The translations under genes were made by a program, and so were the position numbers. From the NCBI GenBank assembly GCA_964587535.1, contig CAZPMA010000001.1:13153-77152 (forward strand): a stretch of 64,000 nt of DNA. Direction: 5' to 3'. This DNA is from an uncultured Bacteroidales bacterium (GTDB taxonomy: Bacteria > Bacteroidota > Bacteroidia > Bacteroidales > UBA12077). The notes beneath the pieces were generated by a model. It searched no databases, was not told the origin of the DNA, and saw only the letters and a list, made by a program, of their open reading frames with translations. Shown here piece by piece: positions 52,549-60,227 of this stretch; the first letter of the stretch is position 1; the number at the start of each line of letters is the position of its first letter.

Positions 52549-53106
52549 TTGAAATATAATAATAGCTTAATAAAAGGTATTCGTAATCAGGACCAATTTA
52601 TACTGCAGAAAATTTATTCTGATTATTTTCCTACTATTAGAAGATATATTATAGAAAATAATGGAAGCGAGCAGGATGCCAAGGATGTATTTCAAGATGC
52701 AATTATTATAATTTACAGAAAAATAAAAGAAGGAACATTTGAACTAACTTCATCGTTTAAATCATATATATATTCTGTGTGTCGTTTTTTGTGGTTAAAG
52801 GAATTGTCAAAAAATAAGGAAAGAATAGAAAAAACAAATAGTTATCTTGAATATGAAGAAGTTCCTGAAATATCTGAAGATGAGTTTGTAAAAAACGAAC
52901 AATATAAATTATATCAACATCATTTTAAAAGGTTAAGTAAAGATTGTCAAAAGGTATTGCAGTTGTTTTTAAATAAAGTTGCATTAAAAGATATTGCCGA
53001 AGAGTTAGGAATTGATAGTATGCAATATATAAAAAGAAAAAAGTTTAAATGTAAAGAGCAACTTGTAAAATATATCAAGAGCGATCCTAAATTTAAAGAA
53101 AAATAA
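52549..53106 (+). CDS. Sigma-70-family (ECF-like) sigma factor, TTG start
   Basis: Region 2-like DAKDVFQDAIIIIYRKI...YIYSVCRFLWLKELSKN and region 4-like LKDIAEELGIDSMQYIKRKKFKCKEQL. There is no ATG in the first 150 codons. Confidence 0.75.
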   Translation: MKYNNSLIKGIRNQDQFILQKIYSDYFPTIRRYIIENNGSEQDAKDVFQDAIIIIYRKIKEGTFELTSSFKSYIYSVCRFLWLKELSKNKERIEKTNSYLEYEEVPEISEDEFVKNEQYKLYQHHFKRLSKDCQKVLQLFLNKVALKDIAEELGIDSMQYIKRKKFKCKEQLVKYIKSDPKFKEK

Positions 53107-53840
53107 TGGAGAATAAGTTTGAACAAATAGAAAGTTACCTGGCAGGAGAGATGTCCATTAAAGAACAATTAGCTTTTGAAGAGCTGCTTCGAAAAGATAG
53201 GGAACTTATGCTCGAATTCAAACTTAGAAAAAGCATAAATAATGCTATTAATGAAAATGATGTGATGGAATTAAGAGAATCTTTATCTAATATTACCTCA
53301 ATTCCTGTTAAAAAGAAACCTATAATATTAAACCCATATATAATTACAACAGCTGCTGCCATAATTATATTTGCCATAGTTTCAAGTCTATATTTAAATA
53401 ATCGAAGTTATAATACAAATGACTTATTTAATCAATATTATAAGAAATATCCATCGATTATAAATTCTAGATCAATTGCAGAATCAGAAAAGGAGCAACT
53501 TTTTATTGATGTGTTTAACTATTATGATGATAATAATTATGAAAATGTTATCTTAACTATTAAAGAGCTTTTAAAAACCAATGATAACAATAGTTTATTG
53601 TTGTTTTATTTGTCGGTTAGTTTAATGGAGCAAAATGAACTAAAACAATCTGAACACTATTTAAAGCAATTGGTCAACAATAAAAACCATGTATTTTGGG
53701 AACAGTCACATTGGTATTTAGCATTAAATCTTATAAAACAGAATGATAAGTTTGAAGCAATAAGAATCTTAAAAGTTATTGTTGACGAAGACATGTCTAA
53801 AAGAAAGGAAGCAGAGAAATTAATTAAGATCTTGGAATAA
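53106..53840 (+). CDS. Anti-sigma-like single-pass membrane protein with a periplasmic TPR domain
   Basis: ATGA overlap with the sigma stop. N-terminal about 75-aa cytoplasmic helix domain, TM PYIITTAAAIIIFAIVSSLYL, and a TPR-like C-terminus. Confidence 0.65.
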   Translation: MENKFEQIESYLAGEMSIKEQLAFEELLRKDRELMLEFKLRKSINNAINENDVMELRESLSNITSIPVKKKPIILNPYIITTAAAIIIFAIVSSLYLNNRSYNTNDLFNQYYKKYPSIINSRSIAESEKEQLFIDVFNYYDDNNYENVILTIKELLKTNDNNSLLLFYLSVSLMEQNELKQSEHYLKQLVNNKNHVFWEQSHWYLALNLIKQNDKFEAIRILKVIVDEDMSKRKEAEKLIKILE

Positions 53841-56628
53841 ATTTCTTTATGAATATTGTTATTATAATTGATAACAATATAATACCCCCTAACAGAACAT
53901 ATATAAATTTATTTGAGAATAGGGCATCCTTATTACCAATTATAACATATCCAGACCAAAAATAAGGATGTGCATGCAATTGGTCAGAATTTTTAATAAA
54001 CTCAAGTTTAGACTTTTGTAATGATTTTGACTTGTTAAATCCTTTGATAAGGTTTCTATAATATTCAGCCATTAGGTTAACTCCCGATTTATCTTCTACC
54101 GACCATAAAGTCATAACAAGTGAAGGACAGCCAGCGTAAAAGAATCCTCTTGCCAGGCTAATAACTCCTTCGCCTTTATGCAATTTCCCGCTTCCGCTAT
54201 TACATGAACTTAATACCGCCATACGGCTGTTCAGCTTTAAGTTATATAATTCATAAGTATTTAAAAAATCATCTTCAAGGGAATCGGCAGTCTGCGAAAA
54301 TGCCATTTTAGAATACATCGGATTTTCATCATCCATTATGGTATGCATTGCTAAATGAAGAATATCGTAATTAGCTGCAACTTCTTTAAACCTTTTTTCA
54401 CTTGCTTTACTACCAATATATGTATTTCCTTTTGTTAACTCTGAAATTGCAATTGCTTCTTCCTTAATTCCTTTTAGTGGAAATAACTTTTCTCTGTATT
54501 GTTGTCGGATCGAAATAAAGTTACTATCCATTGTTTCAACAGGTTCATAGCTTGGTGCAAAAGCAGCTAAACTTTTTACCTTTTTTCTTTTATGATGTTT
54601 CTTATCAATTAAAAACCTAGCTGAATATGAATATGATATTGTATTGGTTTTAATTAAATATGGTAAATCCGTATAATTTAGTTTATCATATTTTTTAATA
54701 TCAGAAATAAGTGTTTCAAAAGGCAAATAAGCAAGTTCTCCATCTGGTATAATCGTAATGTGTTTTCTTTTTAGATGATGGTTAATTGGTTTAATGAGAA
54801 TGTTGTAAACATAATTAGATTTTTCTTGAAATAAATACAAATCATTTAATCCATGATACGAGAAATTGTTTTGGGAAAGTGATTTTAATAATAAATCAAG
54901 ATTAGAATAAAATGTGGTATCTATATTACTCTTATATAGATAAATATTATATTTTGAAATGATAAAAGAATAGATGGAACTATCATTAATGGAAAAATCA
55001 ACTAATACATCATTGAACTTAAGTGATTTCTGTAATTCTTTTAATTTTGTCTCTGAATTTGAGTATTTTAATGAGTAATAATCGTTAAAGTTATTTTCAA
55101 GGTAATTTATTAATTCATCGTGCTTTTGTTTTTTTTCAAACAGATATTTGTTCCAATAGGATAATTTATTTTCATCTGGAGTTTTTTTCTTATTTTCTTC
55201 ATAAATAAGTTCTTCGTAGTTCCAAATACTTTTTTCAAGTTCTTTTTCCAGATTTATTAGAGAGTCTGGTATTCCGCCAATATTTAATGCATAATTGTTT
55301 TTTATTGATTCAGTTAATACAGCAGATTTACTCGATTCACAATAATTAAAAGCTTTTTCAAGATATTTTTGCTCCTTAGTAATTTCATATAAACTATAAC
55401 TGGCATTTAAAGCCTTTGAAAAAGTTTCATTTTCATTATCAGCTAAAATAAGTTTACTTTCTTCACTAATATATCCTGATCTTATTTTATTAATTGCATC
55501 AATAGCCAGGTCATAGGTTTGTATACTTAAATTATATAAATCAATATTCTTATTTTTTGAAGCAATTTCTGTCAGCGTAATTGCTTTGTTTTTTATGGCA
55601 TTTAAATAATGTGTTTTAGAAAGGACATTATTTATATCGGGGTTTGTTTTAATATCATTATTCTCAAAATTTGGTGAAATTGCAATTAAAGATTTTTGAA
55701 AGTAGAACAGTGCACTATCTAGCATTTTATTTCTAAGAAAATGTTTTCCAAAATCATTATAGGCACCTGCAAGATAAGGGTGTTTCTCACCAAAGTTCAA
55801 TTTATAAATATTAATAGCAGATTCAAAATAGTCATAAGTATTCTCATTTTTATTTTGCTGTGATAGAAATACTGCATAATTTAAAAAAGTACCTGCACTT
55901 TTAATATTATTTGTTCCAAACTCGTTAACAGCATTTTTAATTGCTTCTCTATAATGCATGTCTGCTAATTTATAGTTTCTTAAGTTATTATAGCAAATGG
56001 CAAGATTTCCTAATGTTGTATATTTACTATTTGGATTTAAAATAATGCTCTTTTTATAGTGTTGTATAGCAGTTGAATAGTCAGATGTGTTTTTATAAAT
56101 ATTTCCTAAGTTATTATATGCTATTGAAATATATTTTTTGTTTTTTATAGTATCACGGTTATATATATTATAAGCCATAAGCAGGTAGTCTTTTGACTTA
56201 GAGTAATCTTTTTGTTTACTGTAAATATTAGCCTTATTTGCATATACATATGCAGTGAGTATTTCATTTCTTTTATTTAAATAAATGGTTTCTGCTTTAT
56301 TATAACAATCAATTGCTTCTGAATATTTTCCATTTATTTTATAGATAATTCCTAGACTTTGATAGGCGTTAGCTAAAGCAATAGAGTCGATGTGGTTTAA
56401 GTTTTCATAAAGTTTAACTGCAAATTGACTGTAAAAAAGAGCACTATCAATAATCCCAGTTTTACCAAAATCCATTCCCTTCTGATAATATAATTCAGCT
56501 AATTTATGATCTTTAATATCATTCCTTTCATTAGCTGCAGTATAAAAAACAGATATAAATAAAATTGTTAAGTAAGTAAGTACATTTTTAAAAAACATAA
56601 TTGTTATTTTGGTAACGTTTTTATACAT
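53824..56628 (-). CDS. TPR-repeat CHAT-domain (caspase-like) protein with an N-terminal signal/anchor and a C-terminal TM helix
   Basis: Many TPRs in the N-terminal 400 aa. CHAT His/Cys dyad contexts ILHLAMHT and AVLSSCNSGSG. C-terminal FIYVLLGGIILLSIIITIFI. Confidence 0.85.
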   Translation of the reverse strand: MYKNVTKITIMFFKNVLTYLTILFISVFYTAANERNDIKDHKLAELYYQKGMDFGKTGIIDSALFYSQFAVKLYENLNHIDSIALANAYQSLGIIYKINGKYSEAIDCYNKAETIYLNKRNEILTAYVYANKANIYSKQKDYSKSKDYLLMAYNIYNRDTIKNKKYISIAYNNLGNIYKNTSDYSTAIQHYKKSIILNPNSKYTTLGNLAICYNNLRNYKLADMHYREAIKNAVNEFGTNNIKSAGTFLNYAVFLSQQNKNENTYDYFESAINIYKLNFGEKHPYLAGAYNDFGKHFLRNKMLDSALFYFQKSLIAISPNFENNDIKTNPDINNVLSKTHYLNAIKNKAITLTEIASKNKNIDLYNLSIQTYDLAIDAINKIRSGYISEESKLILADNENETFSKALNASYSLYEITKEQKYLEKAFNYCESSKSAVLTESIKNNYALNIGGIPDSLINLEKELEKSIWNYEELIYEENKKKTPDENKLSYWNKYLFEKKQKHDELINYLENNFNDYYSLKYSNSETKLKELQKSLKFNDVLVDFSINDSSIYSFIISKYNIYLYKSNIDTTFYSNLDLLLKSLSQNNFSYHGLNDLYLFQEKSNYVYNILIKPINHHLKRKHITIIPDGELAYLPFETLISDIKKYDKLNYTDLPYLIKTNTISYSYSARFLIDKKHHKRKKVKSLAAFAPSYEPVETMDSNFISIRQQYREKLFPLKGIKEEAIAISELTKGNTYIGSKASEKRFKEVAANYDILHLAMHTIMDDENPMYSKMAFSQTADSLEDDFLNTYELYNLKLNSRMAVLSSCNSGSGKLHKGEGVISLARGFFYAGCPSLVMTLWSVEDKSGVNLMAEYYRNLIKGFNKSKSLQKSKLEFIKNSDQLHAHPYFWSGYVIIGNKDALFSNKFIYVLLGGIILLSIIITIFIKKFIPRS

Positions 56629-56806
56629 GGGAACTTTTAAAAGGTTTTAAATATTAAAAAATAATGTTCATATTATCAGCTTATTAGCGTAAAAATATCA
56701 AAAAAGTAAAAAAAAAATCAAATTCAGGGGTCACCTTTTTATTAGTTCCGGAATAAATAGGTGAAAGCTTATTAAACCAAACAAAAATATTTAAAATAAA
56801 AGAACT

Positions 56807-56977
56807 ATGAAAACGCTTAAAGGCATATTTGAAAATAAGACATCAAATAAATCGATGAATACATTTACAGAAACGTTAGATATTAAAAGTATGTTGTTGA
56901 TAAAAGGAGGAGATGGAGATGATGATGATAAAGACTCATGGCCTCCAGCAAGTGATCCTTCAAATACAAGTAACTAG
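56807..56977 (+). CDS. Unannotated 56-aa peptide with a double-glycine leader (bacteriocin/pheromone-type precursor)
   Basis: MKTLKGIFENKTSNKSMNTFTETLDIKSMLLIKGG|DGDDDDKDSWPPASDPSNTSN. Hydrophobic residues sit at -4, -7 and -12 relative to GG. It has its own strong terminator, and a C39 exporter lies in the same cluster. Confidence 0.65.
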   Translation: MKTLKGIFENKTSNKSMNTFTETLDIKSMLLIKGGDGDDDDKDSWPPASDPSNTSN

Positions 56978-57015
56978 TACTCCCTTTCGATTCAAATATA
57001 CGTTCTAAACAGTAA

Positions 57016-57050
57016 TGATCAACTCAAAGCCCTTTGGGTTGGTCATTTTT
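57016..57050 (+). terminator. Intrinsic terminator after the GG-leader peptide gene
   Basis: 13-bp stem (tgatcaactcaaa/tttgggttggtca, two G-U pairs), loop gccc, then TTTTT. Confidence 0.8.
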
Positions 57051-57075
57051 ATAAAATGATAAACTATTAATACTC

Positions 57076-57822
57076 ATGCATATGAACCTTGAAACTATTG
57101 AAAAGTATATTGATGGTGAATTAGCCGGAAAAGAATTACTGAATTTTGAAGAATTAATTTCAACTAATTCAAGTTTAAATCGAGATTATCGATTGAGTCT
57201 CGAAATTAATAAGTCTATTGTCGAAGATGATGTAATGCAGCTTCGGGAAACCCTTGATTATATGTATAATGAGAATGTTAAAATTAAACGTTCACCAAAT
57301 ACATTTGCCAAACGTAAAGTATTTTATGCTGCTGCCTCTATTGCTCTATTATTAGCTATAGGTGGTTTTTATAAAAATTTTACGGACGGTAAAATGTCTG
57401 GCTCATCTATTTATGATAAATATTACCAGCCTTACGAAGTATCTGTTACATACAGATCAGGAAACACAGAAGTTGATAAGGTATTTCTTTCTGCATTGCA
57501 AAAATATGAAGAACGCGAGTATGAAAAAGCAATGGTTCTTTTTGAACAATTATTAGAAATTAAAAAGAATGATATGGCATTAAACCTTTATTCCGGTATA
57601 ACATATATGGAAGAAAAAGAATACCAAAACGCATCAAATTCATTTAATAACATTATTGATAACAAGAATAATTTATTTGTTGAGCAAGCCAAATGGTATT
57701 TATCATTATGCTACGTAATTACTGAAGATAAAGAAAATGCAATTACACTTTTAAATGAATTAGTGCAAGAAGAAAGTTACTATAAAAAAGATGCAAAACA
57801 TATTTTACGAGAAATAAACTAG
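57076..57822 (+). CDS. Paralogue of the 53106 TM-TPR anti-sigma-like protein
   Basis: N-terminus aligns by eye (IEKYIDGELAGKELLNFEELI...DDVMQLRETL versus IESYLAGEMSIKEQLAFEELL...NDVMELRESL). It has a TM helix and a TPR C-terminus. Confidence 0.7.
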   Translation: MHMNLETIEKYIDGELAGKELLNFEELISTNSSLNRDYRLSLEINKSIVEDDVMQLRETLDYMYNENVKIKRSPNTFAKRKVFYAAASIALLLAIGGFYKNFTDGKMSGSSIYDKYYQPYEVSVTYRSGNTEVDKVFLSALQKYEEREYEKAMVLFEQLLEIKKNDMALNLYSGITYMEEKEYQNASNSFNNIIDNKNNLFVEQAKWYLSLCYVITEDKENAITLLNELVQEESYYKKDAKHILREIN

Positions 57823-57828
57823 TAGCTT

Positions 57829-58572
57829 ATGAGACAGAGTATTAGGCCACCAAAAACGTTAAAAATGAATGATAATGCAATTGAAGTCGAAAAGATTTCA
57901 TTTTTATCACACATTTCTCATGGAATAAGAACACCGCTAAATGCAATTATGGGATTTTCTAAACTTCTAAATTTTAAAAATAATAGTCTTAGCAAGCAAA
58001 AAAGGTATATCAGGGAAATTCTTAAAGGAAGTAATTTGTTATTGCAATTTGTTGATAATGTGGTTGACCTTAGTCTGTTAGAAAATAACAAATATGCTTT
58101 AAACATTAAAAAGTTCAATGTTAATCAATTAATATGGGATTTTATTGAGTACTTCTACGATAAAAAGAATGAAGAAAAGATTTCTGATCTTAACCTTATG
58201 TTAGTTTGGGATGATGAAGTTAAGGACCTTGAGATGCTATCAGATTCATTTTTAGTAAAAAAATGCTTACAGTTACTTTTTAATATTATAACTACAAGAT
58301 ATTCAGAGAAAAATTTCGAATTAGGATATTCAATCTATAATGAGAATATGTTAAAAATTTTTATGCGACCATCAAACAAAAACCTGGAGAATGTTCAAAT
58401 TGAAAAGAACTTCTTTTTGTATGATGTGGATACAAATAATTCGTTTGAGATGTTTAACTATCAGGTTCTTTGTAGAAGCATTAACCTTTTAAATGGAGAT
58501 TTAAATTTGTTTTCAGAAGACAATGAGTATTGGTTTGCAATACCCATCAATTTAAACTATAAAATAAATTAA
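57829..58572 (+). CDS. Sensorless HisKA-domain protein with a degenerate ATPase domain
   Basis: H-box FLSHISHGIRTPLNAIMGFSKLL lies about 25 aa from the N-terminus. No TM segment. No recognisable G1 (DxGxG) or G2 (GxGLG) box downstream. Confidence 0.7.
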   Translation: MRQSIRPPKTLKMNDNAIEVEKISFLSHISHGIRTPLNAIMGFSKLLNFKNNSLSKQKRYIREILKGSNLLLQFVDNVVDLSLLENNKYALNIKKFNVNQLIWDFIEYFYDKKNEEKISDLNLMLVWDDEVKDLEMLSDSFLVKKCLQLLFNIITTRYSEKNFELGYSIYNENMLKIFMRPSNKNLENVQIEKNFFLYDVDTNNSFEMFNYQVLCRSINLLNGDLNLFSEDNEYWFAIPINLNYKIN

Positions 58573-58573
58573 T

Positions 58574-58927
58574 ATGAGAGATTTTAATATATGTATACCG
58601 TCAACCGAAGGTAAAGAAGTGTTGAACTGCAATGAAATAATGTATGCAGAAGCAGAACATGATTATTCAAGAATCGTTTTTAAAGACGAAGGAGTAATTG
58701 AAGTATTGTTAACAATAACTGAATTGGAATACTTTTTATCGAAAAGGGGATTTTTCCGATTTAATAATACGACACTGGTTAATTTAAGATATGTTCAGGT
58801 AATATTTCCTTTAGATGCATCGATAGTTATACTGGAAAATGGTGAAGAGATTTCTGTTAGTAAGGAAAGAAGAGAAGATTTGTTTGAAGGTTTAAAAGAA
58901 GTTTTTGAATTACAAGAAGCGGTTTAA
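58574..58927 (+). CDS. Stand-alone LytTR DNA-binding domain protein (1 of 3)
   Basis: 117 aa. Contains ...IMYAEAEHDYSRIVF...LEYFLSKRGFFRFNNTTLVNLRYV. No receiver domain. Confidence 0.75.
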   Translation: MRDFNICIPSTEGKEVLNCNEIMYAEAEHDYSRIVFKDEGVIEVLLTITELEYFLSKRGFFRFNNTTLVNLRYVQVIFPLDASIVILENGEEISVSKERREDLFEGLKEVFELQEAV

Positions 58928-58981
58928 TTTCAATAATGTTATTTTAAAAAAAATTTATTAACCACCCAATATTATAAAGTT

Positions 58982-59317
58982 ATGGAATCAGTTAGTTTAA
59001 AACCCACAATTGAAAAAATAACTAACCTCAAAAATGTTATTTATTTTGAATCAATAGGAGAGTTTACAAAAATACATTTCTATAATGGTACTAAGAACTT
59101 AGTTGATGAAGATATAAGTTATATTGAAAGTTTACTTCCTAAAAATAAGTTCTTTAAAATTCACGATCTGTTTATTATCAATCTTGATTACCTAAAACTG
59201 ATTAAGGGGCAAGCAAATAAAAATGCCAGGTTACACCATAATCTGGAAATTGCAATTGATCCGAATAGGTACAATGAGCTAATCGTGTTTATGAAAGAAG
59301 ATTATGTGGTGTGGTAA
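58982..59317 (+). CDS. Stand-alone LytTR DNA-binding domain protein (2 of 3)
   Basis: 111 aa. Contains VIYFESIGEFTKIHF...IESLLPKNKFFKIHDLFIINLDYL. Confidence 0.8.
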   Translation: MESVSLKPTIEKITNLKNVIYFESIGEFTKIHFYNGTKNLVDEDISYIESLLPKNKFFKIHDLFIINLDYLKLIKGQANKNARLHHNLEIAIDPNRYNELIVFMKEDYVVW

Positions 59318-59364
59318 ATAAAAAGCACTAATAAAAACCTTGTTATAACCCAAAATAATTATTA

Positions 59365-59712
59365 ATGAAAAGAAAAGTAGTTCTATTTGATGATGAAGAA
59401 AATATTGTATTAAAAAAAATCGAAGAAATTGTATATTTTGAATCATTAGGCAAAAAAACAAAAACAATTTGTTGTGAACGTGATGAATACATCATTAAAG
59501 AAAGTTTATCAACAGTGGAAGAAAAATTGCCTGATAGTACATTTTTTAAGATACATAAGTCATTTATTATAAATATTGATTGCATTAAAGGAATCAATCT
59601 GGATAATAATAAGAAGGTACTTCTTAATAATGGGATACAATTAAATGTAGCTCACCGTAAATATCGAGAATTTTTAGAGTTTGTAAGATGTAGGTTTGAA
59701 TTCTGGCAGTAA
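59365..59712 (+). CDS. Stand-alone LytTR DNA-binding domain protein (3 of 3)
   Basis: 115 aa. Contains IVYFESLGKKTKTIC...VEEKLPDSTFFKIHKSFIINIDCI. Confidence 0.8.
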   Translation: MKRKVVLFDDEENIVLKKIEEIVYFESLGKKTKTICCERDEYIIKESLSTVEEKLPDSTFFKIHKSFIINIDCIKGINLDNNKKVLLNNGIQLNVAHRKYREFLEFVRCRFEFWQ

Positions 59713-59756
59713 TGTTAATTCTTTATTGTTTATAAATTTTAATCAAAATTTTCACT

Positions 59757-59798
59757 ACGAAAAGCTTAATATTATTGACGAAAGTGATAAATATTAAT
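59757..59798 (+). promoter_or_regulatory. Candidate LytTR-type direct repeat (ACGAAA(A/G) + AT-rich arm, 21-bp register)
   Basis: acgaaaagcttaatatta at 59757 and acgaaagtgataaatatta at 59778. A TAnnTTTG-like box (tagttttg) sits at 59872-59879, and the peptide gene starts at 59950. Confidence 0.25.
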
Positions 59799-59949
59799 AC
59801 AGAATTGAATTTTTTTATATTTCCTATTTCTAAGTAGTGTTTTATTAAAATAAAATTTAAAACAGTTTTGTTAGTTTTGGTATGTCGAGCTCGAAGGCGT
59901 AAACCGAAAAGCCTAAATAGAGTAGGAACAATTTTAATTAATTATAATT

Positions 59950-60141
59950 ATGAAAAAAATAGAAAGTATCAAGAATGATCTATTTAAAAAGTTTGAAGAT
60001 GATCAAATAATTGACATGAGTGAATGCAAAGGAAAAGGAAGATATAGTACAGGATTAGGTTATAGATATGACCAGTTATGTGAAGATTTTTTGCGTACAT
60101 ATGAAAATGGTGATTATCGTTTAGAACTTGAATTTAGATAG
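59950..60141 (+). CDS. 63-aa small protein, candidate RiPP precursor for the downstream ATP-grasp/SPASM enzymes
   Basis: MKKIESIKNDLFKKFEDDQIIDMSECKGKG-RYSTGLGYRYDQLCEDFLRTYENGDYRLELEFR. First gene of the biosynthetic run and followed by a hairpin. Confidence 0.5.
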   Translation: MKKIESIKNDLFKKFEDDQIIDMSECKGKGRYSTGLGYRYDQLCEDFLRTYENGDYRLELEFR

Positions 60142-60157
60142 GTTTTTAAGTTAAACT

Positions 60158-60191
60158 AGAAAGTAATCTTTTTTATATAAGGTTACTTTCT
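60158..60191 (+). terminator. Hairpin after the small peptide gene (possible partial terminator or processing site)
   Basis: 11-bp stem agaaagtaatc/ggttactttct (one G-U pair) with a 12-nt loop and a weak T tract. Confidence 0.45.
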
Positions 60192-60227
60192 TATCCTAAT
60201 ATTTAGAAATAAAAAAGCGCTACTAAA

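Noticed and set aside
52947-53377. ORFs 52947-53168 (-) and 53135-53377 (-)
   Set aside because: They are antisense to the sigma and TM-TPR genes, which have clear domain signatures.
56629-56806. ECF-like promoter (GGGGTCACC...CCGGAAT) between the CHAT gene and the GG-peptide gene
   Set aside because: A relatively G/C-rich patch caught my eye. It has no convincing -35/-10 spacing, and no second copy elsewhere, such as upstream of 52549 or 57076, to support a motif.
59279-59597. ORFs 59279-59467 (-) and 59343-59597 (-)
   Set aside because: They are antisense to the second and third LytTR genes.
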